A DNA stretch of 64,000 nucleotides from Tubulanus polymorphus (taxonomy: Eukaryota; Animalia; Nemertea): contig NC_134034.1 of assembly GCF_964204645.1 (NCBI RefSeq), forward strand, positions 10,118,962-10,182,961, in the 5' to 3' direction. The notes below the pieces were generated by a model. The model had not been told where the DNA came from. It searched no databases and worked only from the letters and a program-made list of their open reading frames with translations. Positions 12,124 to 25,409 of this stretch are shown one piece after another. Positions within the stretch are counted from its first letter, which is position 1. Each line of letters opens with the position of its first letter. The translations under genes and the position numbers were made by a program.

Positions 12124-13131
12124 AAATATTGTTGTAAAAGTAGCCGAATACGATGGCCGTGTTTTAAAAAGTACAATGTGATAGTAGTAGTAGTAGGCCT
12201 AGCTTCTATCACAGAGTGATAATTAGAGTCTGTTTACAAATAACACCAATACAATTTGTGAAGCTGTAAAAATGTCATATAATTCTTCTGTACACGACGA
12301 GGCACACGAGCCGAATAATGCGCACGCAAAGTGCTTTTTCCGGCGCATTTTGCCGTTCGCCAAATATCTAAACGACCTTATCTAGAATTGGTAAATGGCC
12401 TCGAACGCGGGTGATGTTGTAGTCGAGGCAATATCATTACCAGGTCCCTGCGACATTAAAAATATCAATAATCCAGTTGATGTAGGATTTGATTTAATTC
12501 TCAATTAATGAAACGGCATCTCATTAAAAACGTCGTCGTCCGCACGTGAGTACTATAAGTCCCGATGAAAGCATCTTGTAGAAAAAACGGCAGCTGAAGG
12601 GCGACCATCTTCATTGCATCTCATTATAATCAGGGTTTGATGCAAAATGAACGGCCACCAATCGGGCGCGAAATAGTTCATAATCGAACGATCTTAATCG
12701 ATGCCCCATGCTGCATGACGTAAGAATGCCGTCTCCGTCTATGTAACGCAATTCGGGATTTAAACGATTCTTGTTCGCACAAAAGCTCGTAGATATTTCA
12801 AAATATGTTACAAAAATATGTATCTCAAATAACCATCGTCGAAACACTTAGTTGTGTAAATAACCGAAGAATCACGTCGAGAAGAATACAAATAGTCCAA
12901 AAGCTTCCATGTTGACGTTTATATCCGGATATTCGTCTTCAGGAATGTTAGATTTCAATTAATTTCTAAAGGCTGTTTTAGAAATAGCCGTTACAGATCG
13001 ATTTTCAAATTACATTACCAGTCTATCTCGAACATCGACCTTTTAATCACCAAAATATTAGGTTTTCTGCTTATGATATACGTGTACAAACGTATGAACA
13101 AAAAATAATCATTTTTCAAATTGAAACTTAC

Positions 13132-13267
13132 TTATCCAAATACCGACGCTTGTGACCACGGCTAGTTTGGGAGTTCGAATATCGATCGACCTCAACGGGT
13201 GACAAATAGCAGCGTATCGGTCAACAGTCATAGCGGTTAAGGTCAAACATGTTGACATCACTGTTAC
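13132..13267 (-). CDS. KISS1R: Kisspeptin-receptor-like GPCR, coding exon 2 (TM3 with DRY, ICL2, start of TM4)
   Basis: CAG acceptor at 13270-13268, GTAAGT donor at 13131-13126, 136 nt, phase 0 to 1. Encodes [45 protein letters not shown]. Confidence 0.92.
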
Positions 13268-15415
13268 CTGAAAGATAGATATGAATATAGATATCAATTT
13301 TTCTCATTAAGATATTAGAGGGGCATTTTTCATCACTGGTCTTGCCACTCCAAGGATCAAGGAAAAGTTGTTTGAATCCTGGTGGTAGCAGTCGGTCTGT
13401 CGGTCGGCCAGCCGACCAGCCGAACAACCAGCCGGCCGACCAGCTAGCCAGCCGACCAGCCAGCAGCCAGCCAGCCAGTCAGTCAGTCAGTCAGTCAAAT
13501 CCCTGGCATTTGGATTCTTTTTATGCGAATACAAACCATCTTTAATGTCAAAGAGGGGTTTATTATAACACGCCTACCCTTCATATACGATATTATCAAA
13601 AACAAAACAAAATGTATGCGCGTTTTTATCATCTGTATTGAAAATTCGACGATGCAATAAGAAACCCCCGGAGAAGAAGCGGACTCTGCTAGATTTTTCC
13701 AGCCGTTCGTCCATCTCTCATTTCCCTTCCTCCCAAGGATAAAAACGTGCAGAAGAATATCACTTTCCATCTATGGCTCCGTTTTCTATCATCGCTGCGA
13801 CGACAAAAAAAAACAAATTTCCGCGGTAGTCTAAAAATATCGTTAATCCGAAAAGAGAAAGAGAAGCTTACATTTCCGGCCTGGTTTTTAACATACTCTC
13901 GTCGCGGTGTCATCTTCGCATATACGGGATGCACGGATGAATGTTAAAGTTCGTTGGCTTTGCATCCAGTCGATATAATCTTAAATACTGTCGAGATAAA
14001 CACATTTCAGGAGGGGTCTATACAGAAATTGGAATATGAAAGTGACGCAGACGCTTCCTCGAAATTTGAAATTTCTTCCTTACATCCAGGAATCGCTGTT
14101 CTGCGGGGACCGTGTAATGGAACTTTCTTACAAAACCGCCGAAGTAACAGTTTACAGAGATAAACTACCGATTAACGAGGAGTATGGGATACGAGGAGTC
14201 GTAATTGGGATATGAAAGTGACGCAGACGCTTCCTCGTTATTTGAAATTTTCTCCTTTCAAAAGTCCTTGAAAACTCCTTATATCCATGGTATGACTGAT
14301 CTCAAAGGACCCAGTGACATTTAACTATTTTGTGTCACAAGCTTCATTTCGATTTTGAATAAACCATTTTATTTTAGGGCACTTTTTGTTAGGGCACTTT
14401 TGAATCCAGCTTTGTTGGGTCGTTCTTTCTTAAAACTATTTGTGATGCGTGTGAATCTCTAGCTTTCAAAGTTGTGAACCCCGAGGCCGCTTGCATAGTC
14501 ATGGCTTAGACTTATGATCAATCTAAGACCAACTTAGCCAATCTATCAACTTAAGACCAGCCTTAAGATTTAAGACCACCTTCGGAAGTCACGACTGACT
14601 GGTGAAATACAGTATGATAAAACACCTATCATAAATGATTTTAAGAAAGAAGAAAGAATGACCCAACAATGTGGGACAAAGTCCCTAGCAAAATGCCGGC
14701 TATATTCTATTTCAACTTGGCTATTTCGATGTAGATTTTTTTTGCAATCCTTCCATAAAGTGTAAAATGGATTACAAAACTATGTTTTAGTTCAACTGCC
14801 AGTCCTTTCTGGTCGTAATAAGCCTTTTTATCAGGTATGATGTACCAACCAAAACTGACAGAGCTAGGCTACCTGATGTGCTGCTCTCAAGTCGTGTTGG
14901 AATAGACATCAGCATAATGGTTTATTCATTTCTCTACAATTAGCCCTACTCGGCGCGTAGCCGTTCGACGAACCACCGACACTATTCATAGCACCGACAA
15001 TCTCGAGTGAAGTCTACGAACGTCGGTCGTGTTACGTAAACGTCGCAAAGATAACGCGTCACGTTCTGCGAGCGTGCGGAATATGACGACAAATTAACGG
15101 ACGTTTGTCATTGTCAGCGACGGCAGAATTCGTGACTTCGCATCGAGTTCGAGGCACTCCGGCGCAGACGATAGCGATTTCGGAGTCGACACGCGGGTGA
15201 AATTAACGCGATATTAATTTCATCGTCTACTGTATTACCCTTTTATCATCAAAGCGAAGCGTCTGACTTCAAAGGGACGATTAGATCGACATGGATTTCG
15301 TAAAACTGACGTAGATCTTCTGCAAATATTATACGGGCTGTTTTTTATTAGAATGCTCTCAGACGGTAGAAATGAAGCTTTCGTCGAACGGATCAGAGAG
15401 CGAGGATCGGGCAAT

Positions 15416-15665
15416 CGACCAATCACGCGTTGCAATGAATCAGCGGACCAATCACAATACTTCAATGATCCAGCTGACCAATAACGGTGCACGTCAATGA
15501 TTTAGTCGGCCAATCACGGTACGCATTAATGATTTAAGTGAACCAATCGCATCGCTGCTTCGATTCAGTAGACCAATCACATAGCTGCAACCATTTTACA
15601 AGCCAATCAAACTGTTTCTTGTAATTCAGCTAACCAATCACAGCACGTCAGCTGACGAATCACAA
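15416..15665 (+). promoter_or_regulatory. Array of 8 CCAAT boxes at about 30-bp spacing (candidate NF-Y element)
   Basis: RRCCAAT at 15419, 15448, 15478, 15510, 15543, 15573, 15603 and 15634. Confidence 0.45.
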
Positions 15666-17475
15666 CTCACTTAATTTTGAGCAGGCCAAGTGACAGTGTG
15701 TTTCCCCAGAAAAAAACATTCATAAATGCATAATGCATAAGTGTGTGCATTACCTATAACAGTAATTTCTGGCAGACGCCGAAACAGCAACCGATAAAGA
15801 TTGAATCGTGTTTAATTTCATGATTTATACAGTTGATATCACTATCAGGAAAATTTCGAACACGGGGGTTTAGACAGGAGGGGGTCGAGACCCCAGACAC
15901 CCCCTAGGATCCGCCCCTGGAAAAATATAACTCCTTTCCTCCAAGTTGCACCTAGGTCTATTGAGAGATTAGAGTGTCGCTTAGTACATTCCCTCGAGAC
16001 TTGCTAAATAGATTATTCAACGTGATTTCCGCTTATTTGTTCGTCTGGCTGACTTCCGCATCTTGCCCCGCGGTGAACTAATTCTATGTAATGAGAGCAT
16101 TGATCATGCGTAGAATTATTATATCTCATCAATTAAGACTTACACGCCGCCCGACCATAGTTTCTAATTTCCTTCCCGTGTCCCGTTTCCGGGTTAATCA
16201 AAGCGCGGTATCAAGTGCAGACGACTACGCCGCCGCCGCCGATCGATAGGTTCCAGACAGGCCGCGGGTGCAATTTTGTCAAATTATTCAATTCAGCCTT
16301 CAGTGTTTTGAATTATTCAGGCGATATCAAGCGATTTAACAGTTCACAATCGGAGATGATTATTACTTGTGGCGACAGAGTTTCTTGGTCGAAGGTTCTT
16401 CTCTGGTCTCTCCCCCATTGGGAAAAGAAATATTGAACCCGCTTATAATGCGTGGCGCTCGTTGGGTCGAGGGAAGTTTAAAAAAAGTGGACGAGTGGTC
16501 CCTATTTCGAAACCACTGGCGTTGGCTGTCAAGACACATACAAGCAAGGACCAATCTCTGTTAACTTAGTCACAGGTTGTGAGTCATAACAACCAATAAA
16601 AGTACCCTGTCTGTCTCCTAAGACCCTCTGTCACTTGCAGTTGGGACGTAACAACTCTACTAAAAGTACAGATATAGTTTTGATGTTGGTCGGATTTGCA
16701 GGATCCTTTATCTCAATAGATGTCCAAATTGGAAATTTTGGTTATGGCGCATTAAAACAGTGACGGTGTCGGCTTCTCGCGTTCACAACATGTTCACACC
16801 CGGCCTACAGCTGGTCGCTGAGCACGTGGCGTTTGTTTCACCTCAGAGAGCCACATAGGTCAAGGTCAATCATTATCGGCTGCGCGCGAGGGAAAGTGAT
16901 TGATCAGCGAGTTGCGGGAAGTGCCCGTCGACAGCGCGCTATTCCACCCGCGGAGGAAGACGCGGTCAAACCGCGCAAATGGACGAGGGTTGATTAGTCC
17001 GCGAACTAATAAAACATCGGCTGAATGCGCAGCTTTTCCTCAATCAAGTTCTCTTTAACGGGTCCTTCATACCGGCTTCTTAAGTAACGAGTGGTTTTCC
17101 TGCTCACGCGTTCAGCCTTGACCTTGACCTCGATAACAACATAAACGAAAAGAGCGACCTCGCATTTTGAACGAAATACCGTGTAATCAGTTTATCCCGT
17201 TAATTCAGTTCACCGTCGAATTCCATAACCAAATTATTTTCAGATTGAATTCGAGTAATTGGCTTGTTGTTGTTGTTGGAGATCCCCTGGGCGTGAAGTG
17301 TTTCTGCCTGGCTTTATAACCTCCGCTGCCGCACAGGTGCTTCCTTGGCCTTCTGCATATTAGTTACAACGCTGCGAACTCTATATGTACGGTAGCGTAA
17401 ATAGCGCCCGCGAGAAGGCTCGAGTCAGTAGGAAAAATAACCGCAGATCCGCACAGAAATAGATCATATGCAAAT

Positions 17476-17773
17476 GAGGAACCTCAACACCAGTTATCCC
17501 ACCAGATGACGTGGCAAGCACTCTACCGGTTGTCAAAATCAGTTCATTTTCAATCTTTACACCGTATTTCGTATTTCCGAATCCACGTTTTATCACAGGA
17601 CCCAAATATACAACGAATTAATTCTTCTACTCAGATATCGGTTAAGTTTTCATTAAAATAATCGGTTTATAAAAGAAAGTTAATTGGATTTTTTAAACTA
17701 AAATGAAGAAAATCTTTAGCGTGGAAGACCGAGTAACTACAAGCGACACCTGGTGGATCCTCGCTTGCCGTAT
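17476..17773 (+). mobile_element. MITE family C, 3'-truncated
   Basis: AT|GAGGAACC start; shares TTCTACTCAGATATCGG and GGAAGACCGAGTA...GCGACACCTGGTGGATCCTCGC with the 595 copy. Confidence 0.7.
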
Positions 17774-19529
17774 GATACAGTATGTAATCTATTTCACATT
17801 GATTCAATATGATTAAAAAAATGGTTATAATACGAAAATATTTTACAGATTATTTTTAGGAGGACCACAAAGGAGCCATTAGGCTGCGATTTATGAAAGG
17901 TACGGCCTCTGGGCCTCGAAAATAGAATCGGCGACCTTCCGACCGCGAAATTAAGGCAGATGTGTTATGGATATTCTTTCGTCCTCCAATGCACATCGCA
18001 CAATTCATTTAGTGGTCGATGCTGTTTGCCGACAACCGATTTCCCTCCGAACGAAAATCCGACCGCGGACAAAAAATGACTTCCCCGTTCTACAAGGTAT
18101 CTTCTGGCGCTTATTGGGAACTAGATTGTTTCCGCTAGAGTGCGCTAATGCACGCGCGACTCCCGCGCGATCGATTCGTGCAGAAATGTGGCCCAGCGAT
18201 CCGGAAAATGACAGGCGTCTTGCAAACTTGTCGTTTGATTTAAACTCAGTTCGGCTTCGGGAGCCGTCTTACAGATCTATCGTACAAGCGAAAACTCTTT
18301 GAAGCGAAATTTCGACCCAACACGCGGTCGACGATTTCAAATTGGCAAGTTATCGATCACCGACAATTGTCGCTGATTTTCATAATAATTATTATTGATT
18401 ACGATGTCCTCCTTTTTCTCAGCGTGCATATATTTCGTAAACGCTTTAATTTAAGAAAAAGAAGAATTAAGTGAAATTAAAAGATATGTGATGAAAAAAA
18501 ACCCAACTAGGACAAGATAATACAGTCAGACCCGCTTACTCCTTATCGGCTTAATCCTGATTTTGGTATAATCCGGGCATTATTTGCAGTCCATTTGTTC
18601 GTTAATATTTATACAAGAATATGAATTCGAATCCGGATTTCCCGTGTAAACCGATATGAGTTTTGTTGGCCTCGAATGAGCCGAATTTAGCGGGTTCCAC
18701 CATAAACCTGTTATAAATGCCGATCGGGAGACGTTGGAAACGATACGCACGCCATCTGGCGGGATAGCTGGTGGCACGGAGTCCTCGTTGACAAAAACTT
18801 ATTTATTCTTTTATCAATCAGACTACGGTGTGAATTTATGTTTATGTGTCTTACAGCTTACTCTAGTCAGTAGAATCAACATTGATCTTATCTTATCTTA
18901 TTAATCTTATCATCTACGAATAACAACGCAGTTTTCTCGATAAGATAGATTGTTTCCGCTAGGGTGCGCTAATGCAATCAGCCCCCCGCGGGTTACAACG
19001 AAGTCAGCTCTGATTCAAATACCATCATTTTCGAATATTGTTAGTGCGGCCCCATTAATCATGGTTCACTTGCGTTATGATCATATCATGGGGGGGATGT
19101 GTGTGTGTGTGGGGGGCGTCAGTGGGGGGGGGGGGGGCATTATGGATGTATAGACGTATTTGTTGGATGATCTCAGCTTGATTTCCATGTGATCACGATT
19201 TCACGATTTGATGCCATCACAGGGGGAATTATGAAGGTAGTCATCTTTTCTAGAAGGGCCCAGGTCGATTCCCTCGGGGTAACTATCATCTGGTGATATC
19301 AATGGGGGATTTATGAACGTAGTCATCTTTTCTGGATTTGTGGCAATCGGTATCACCCGAGTGTCTAAAGGCCAATTCATTCAGTAATGCTATGATATCA
19401 TGTGGAGATTGAAGGAGGCGGCAATCATCTTTCTAAACAGTTTTTTTTCAGGTAATCCGATAATGTCATTAGGAACTTCGTAGATGCGGCCGTCTTTTTG
19501 CACGGAAGATTCGAGGCAAACTCAAATTC

Positions 19530-19868
19530 CATGCTCCCTCAGCAGGAATTCGAACCTGATGGCATTGCTACACTCAGCCACGGCACGAACCCCTGCCACA
19601 ATAGACCGGGTGCGCAGGTACGTATACGCAGGTTTGCCGCGAAAAACTTGCGGCACCAATCAGATTGCTCGTTGTATAGTCTTAGCAAATTTCACGGATA
19701 AACTATAAATGGCCGGGCTAAAACGAAACGTGATTTCTGATTGGCTAATAATGACAACGTCCAAGCTACAATTTCTCTCTTCCATTGTTTTGCTTTTCTG
19801 TGAAATAAATATTGAATTGAATTGGATTGAAGCTGCGCGCTCGGGCTAGTGTGGCAGGGTTTCGCGGC
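19530..19868 (-). mobile_element. MITE family B, opposite orientation, interrupted
   Basis: Colinear with 39572-39804; remnant of the second arm at 19831-19868. Confidence 0.7.
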
Positions 19869-20667
19869 GATAAAATCTCGATAAAAAAATCTACGCCGAA
19901 TTTTACAAGAAAATCGAAGCAGAAAAGCAGAAAAACTGGTGACAGTTGAACGAATCGTTCCCCTCGTCGATAATTCCTATAACTCGGGGGGATTTCTCCA
20001 CGGGCAATGATACGCCTGTCGTTCCGTGCGACGTCATTCTGAGTAGACGCGCAGACGGACTCGACACGAATGGAATTCGGTTCGATATTGTCGCCTTTTA
20101 CAACTAATGAACGACCACTACACCGGCAACCGCGGCGTCCATCGCCGTGAGTGTGTAAAATTACCGGCCACATCACCCGAATGGTCGACGTGATTGCCAC
20201 TTGTACACAGATATAAATGGAATGGTTTAAAAATATCGGGCACTCAGAGACGGATTTCGATTGTATATATCAATTTCGTAACCAACCATTTCTCGTCATT
20301 TTACAGACGATACAGTTTCGATCAGAAACAAACGCGCCGGGCGATAATTCCGGAATCGATAGGAGACGAATCTAAACCTACCAATCGCTCTACCGATCGC
20401 TTCTATCAGGTTTACAGATTATATACTATTCCGGAATAGGTAGAGAGCGTTCCGGTCGAAACAAACCCACCAGACGATAATTCTGGAATCGATAGAGACC
20501 CATCTTAATTTACCAAACTATCTACCGGCCGTTTCTATCAGGTTTACACATTATGCTTTCTGGAAAAGTTGGACGTATTCCGGGTCGAAGAGAATCCGGA
20601 ATCGCTAGAAACCAAACGAAACCTACCAAACTCTATACCGGCCACTACTATCCGGTTTACAGATAGC

Positions 20668-20992
20668 AAACTCTCTACCGGCCTGTTTCTATCCGGTTTA
20701 CAGATTGCAAACTCTCTACCGGCCGCTTCTATCAGGTTTACAGATTACAAACTCTCTACCGGCCGCTTCTATCAGGTTTACAGATTATACAAACTCTCTA
20801 CCGGCCGCTTCTATCAGGTTTACAGATTACAAACTCTCTACCGGCCGCTTCTATCAGGTTTACAGATTGCAAACTCTCTACCGGCCGCTTCTATAAGGTT
20901 TACAGATTACAAACTCTCTACCGACCGCTTCTATCAGGTTTACAGATTACAAACTCTCTACCGGCCGCTTCTATCAGGTTTACAGATTACAC
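20668..20992 (+). repeat. 40-bp minisatellite (AAACTCTCTACCGGCCGCTTCTATCAGGTTTACAGATTAC), about 8 copies; related sequence at 20380-20660 and 60490-60630
   Basis: Direct inspection. Confidence 0.9.
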
Positions 20993-22533
20993 TCTTTCGG
21001 AATAGGTAGACTGTATTCTGATCGAAGCGAATTTCGGAGACCGATTGAAACCTTCCTTTGAATTTTAGTTTCCATTCGTGTCAGTCTTCGAGTTTTCTCC
21101 CGCGCATGAAGCCGATATCGCTGATTAGACAGTAATTTCAGTTTTTCCGCCGAGCTAGACAGCAGAACAGACAGCAGAACAGATAGCAGAACCGACAGCA
21201 GAACAGACAACAGAACCGACAGCAGAACAGGCAACAGACGAATATTATATAAAACGGTTGCAGTATTTTGTCTGTTTTTATTGTTTCATCGTTAATTTCC
21301 ATATCGTCGGTAGTTAAGTCGAGTCAGCAGCAAAGAAGAAGAAAGTATCTCTACTAAACTACAGTCGGCAGTATTTAACGTCTGCTGCATTTCCTCCGCG
21401 TATTCTCCCACGAGGTAAAGAATTTACATATAAAACAACAGCTCATTTGATAGTTCGGCGCGATCATCTTTGTTATTATGTATATATATATATATATATA
21501 TATTTTTATATGCCTTGTGGGTTTAGTTCTATTACGGTCGGAAATAGAAACTTGATGTAAATACATTATTCAGAAATCAGATTTTGACACCGGTCCCGGC
21601 GAGGCTCACCCGAGGTGGATCCGGTTGTGGGAAATAATCGCGAAAACTTACGTACAAGTTCAACAAAGTTTTCCGTGAGTGCCTCATTTTTCGTTTCCTC
21701 AACACAAATTATTCACGTTTTTTTTTGACTTTATGATTCGAAATCGAGATTTCCAATTAACGCATACTTCGAATTCCGATTTCAGCATCAACTCCCGCGT
21801 GTGACTGGAGGGCTTACAGAGGATACGCATCAAATCAATGAAATATACGAATCATCCCTGTTTTAAAATAGAAAAAACCTAACAACCACTGAGAAACCAT
21901 CATGCGTGACGAATCATTTTCTCGAGGTTTTTTTTTCGAAACCAAGAAATTTTCTTTAAAACCAATTTAGACAGTTTTATCACGTGACGAAAGACGTGGC
22001 GTCCTTTGGTGGCGGTTATTTTTTAAATTTCAAACTATTCTTCCTCTTCTTTGAAATGACGTGCGTCGGCGGTGGTTATTTTTGAAAAATCGTCTATTCC
22101 TCTCGCCTTTGAAAGCGACGACGACGATGCGCCTAGTTACCATCACGCAAAACCGACCGACATTTTTCCCTCACGCGCCAGACGGCGGATTGCAAGTTCC
22201 GAGAAACACCGACGAATCGTTGATTAAACAGATCCGGGGCCTTTTTGCTAAAGACTTTTATTTTAAGTCACAGACTTTTTGTTTGATCGAAGTGCCGGTA
22301 ATTGGCTACTGTGGATCAGTCGGATCAGTCGAACGATCAAACGAGATCTTTCGACGGATAGAAAAATTGCAGCGAGCAAATCATATTTCTTTGCTAAGTT
22401 TTTTTTCCATTTCATCTGCGTGTGTTGTTGATCGTGTGCTTGGAGCAAACCTTCTCGCCGACTAATCTCCTTTCGCAGACGAACAAATTCGAAGCATCGA
22501 AGCACGCGCTGATGGAAGTAAAACTGATTACTA

Positions 22534-22805
22534 CTAGCGCGCCTGGTGGATGCTCACTTGCCATAAGTGGACTTCTCTATTGCTGCAGTAGTTGATGTCC
22601 TACTGCACACTAGTGACATCTGGTGGACCGTCACTCATGACAAGTGCAATCCTCTATTGCCGTAGTAGTTGATGGCCTACTGCGCACTAGCGACACCTGG
22701 TGGGTCTTCACTTGCCATACGTGGCATTCTCCTTCAATGCAGTCGTTGATGTCCTACTGCACACTAGTGACCCCTAGTGGATTCTTACTTGCCACAAGTG
22801 CAACT
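22534..22805 (+). repeat. 76-77-bp tandem repeat (about 3.5 units) derived from the subterminal region of MITE family C
   Basis: CTAG(C/T)G..C.TGGTGG-type core at 22534, 22610, 22687 and 22764; matches 860-920. Confidence 0.8.
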
Positions 22806-23086
22806 CCGATATTATCATTGGGACATTTTAGGAGACAGCCCCTTTATGCGAAGTATCTAGTGCCTCTATAAATCCCCCTATGACGTAATCAGCTATATCT
22901 ATTTTTAGGAAAAGATGGCTCATGATGCAATAGGCGAATTTTTGGAGACAGCCATCTTTTATGGAAAGGTCCCCGCTGGCAGATCACCGAGGAATCACCC
23001 TTCGGCTATTATTGCATTTTCATACCATCAAATTAACATTGCTCAATCAATTAACTAACGACAAAAACTCATAGATTAAAACTTAC

Positions 23087-23479
23087 GTAGATGACGTACA
23101 TGACCAGTTTACACATCGTTTCGCCGAATATCCATTGCGGAAGTACGTAAAACGTCATCGTGAACGGAACGCAGACGACCAAAAACGCGAAATCCGTAAT
23201 CGCCAAATTCACGATGTAAGTATACGTCACTTTACGTTCGTGGTGCATGACGATGACGTAGATGACCAGTCCGTTGCCCAACGCGCCTATAACGACCAAC
23301 AGGGACCATATCGCCGGAACCAAGATGGCGTCGACGGCCAGCGGAGGCGGTGCGCGGTCGTACGTCGAATTCGAGTCGACGGACGCGGCGGGCGTCGTCG
23401 CCGTCAAATTAGCGGTCATATTGAACAACAGTAAATAGGTGACGTTGGCAAACGTATTTTGCCCCGTCAGCGAGTTCAT
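23087..23479 (-). CDS. KISS1R: Kisspeptin-receptor-like GPCR, coding exon 1 (N-terminus, TM1-TM2, start of TM3)
   Basis: Translates MNSL...LAVDAILVPAIWSLLVVIGALGNGLVIYVI...IVNLAITDFAFLVVCVPFT...PQWIFGETMCKLVMYVIY, closely resembling GPR54 (AVDAWLVP..GNSLVIYVI..NLAATD..CCVPFT..FMCK). N-glycosylation sequons in the N-terminus. GTAAGT donor at 23086-23081, phase 0, 393 nt. Alternative start M21 at 23419. Confidence 0.9.
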
Positions 23480-25409
23480 CTTGCGGACGTATGCGGAAGC
23501 GTCAGTTCTCTGTCAGTCTATTTAGATGTTTGCGCAATTTATGTCATACTCGAAGCGACAGTTCGCGTCTATTTCACGCAGGTGTTTATGAAAGTGTAGT
23601 ACGTCGATCGGCGGTTTTTATATGGCTATTCTCCAATATCGAATTGTCGAGAACGAAATTGATTTTTCGACGATGCTTCAAATCTATTTGATATCCTACA
23701 TCATATTGGCGCTTCAGAACAGCTTCTAAATAGTGTATGTAGTACTTATTTTGTAGAGTCGATATCAGTCAAATCGTCAATTCCGGCCTTGATGTTTTTT
23801 TACGCTTGATATTTTTCCTTTTCGGGTTAATTGGAACTTTATTCACGGATATCAGAACGGTTCAGAATTTGTCGGATTCTTTAGCAGATGGCCTAGAAAC
23901 GTTGTAAACTCCCCGAAAAAAAACTGCGCGATGAAAGGTTAAGTCGTCTAACAGCGTGCGATTAAATTTCATTATCGTGTTTTTTTTTCGTCGTTTTTTA
24001 ATGTTTTACTCGCGCTCACGTTCGGTACAAGAAATAGCTTTTAACGCTCGGTTTTCAGCGGTTAGCACGTTTTTCGAAAAACAGTTTCCACTAGCAGCGA
24101 CAGGTGTTCGACGTAATTCCATCCCCAGAATGAAATGAGAGGGAAAAACAACTATAGAGGAAATCGACACCGGGGTGTTGAGTACAACGCGTTGGAATAA
24201 CGATGCAGAAGAAGAGTTGCAGGGTCGACGCGATAGGATTCCGAAACCCCGAATAATTACTATTCCCGTCTGGCGCTGTAGGAATTATCCGTCGATTACT
24301 TTAACAAATTACTGATAAATCCCAGATACGACACATCCGAATTCTGGTCCATCGTCACCGTTTGTATCGATATATTCCGACTCCGTCAAACTTCGGTGTC
24401 TTTTTAGATGTTTTTCACTGGTGCAACGGGCGCGGTTTACGTTCCCGAAGTTTAGGCTATTTCCGATGTTCTCCGAATTTCGTTCCCGATATTTTTTTCT
24501 CGAATTCCGAGATATTTTCTCGGAGCAAATTGCGAATTGGTTACGTACCCGAAGTTTAAAGAAATGGTATTTCCGATGTTTTCCGAAGCAACTGGCGAGT
24601 ATTTCTCGTTCTAGATGTTTTTATTTCGGCTTTCCCGAGATTTTTTGCCGGAGCAACTTGCGCGAGAGAGTAGCGTTCCGAACTCTAACGATGTTTTACG
24701 GAGCGACTCACCCGAGTTATTTCAGGTATATTTCCGCGATGCTTTTCCCCGGGTGTAACTAATTCCAGATTCGTTTCTGATATTGTTTTCGACGCTTTCC
24801 GAAGTTCGCCGACCGTGACGACAATTTCCGATTTAATCCGCACAAAGCCGCACCGTCACCGGCAGACGATAACTAATTATATCCGATGGAAACGAAAGTG
24901 ACAATTTCACTCACCGCCCGAAGCAGCAACTTCTTTTTTTTAAATAGGTTGCAGCTTTCAGGGTTTATTCGTTTTGTTGAATGTTAGGTATTGGTATTTC
25001 GTATTCGACTATCGTTGTTGCGAATACGACGTCGGTTATTTTCCTATCGATAGATTGAGCCGCTTTCCAGCCGTCGTCTGTCCTGGCATTAATTTGGCTA
25101 ACTGTATTTTTATTAAATGCCACTCATCGCGCGCGGATCTGAACGATCGCCGAGAGTGGAAGTTGATATCCGATTCCGACTGCGTCACTTACTACCGATA
25201 CTGCGTCACTTAATTCTGAAATGAGATATACGGGAGGGGAATTATTTTTCAGATGATATGGTTATCAGTTTTACCATCACCATGACTCTGAAGGAATACA
25301 ATTATTTCTACAGCAAATCTAACAATCCAAGAACAGTTTAAGTTCAATTAGGTTCAACAACTATAACTCAATAGATAAAAATAGAATATCAATAACTAAA
25401 AATCAATCT

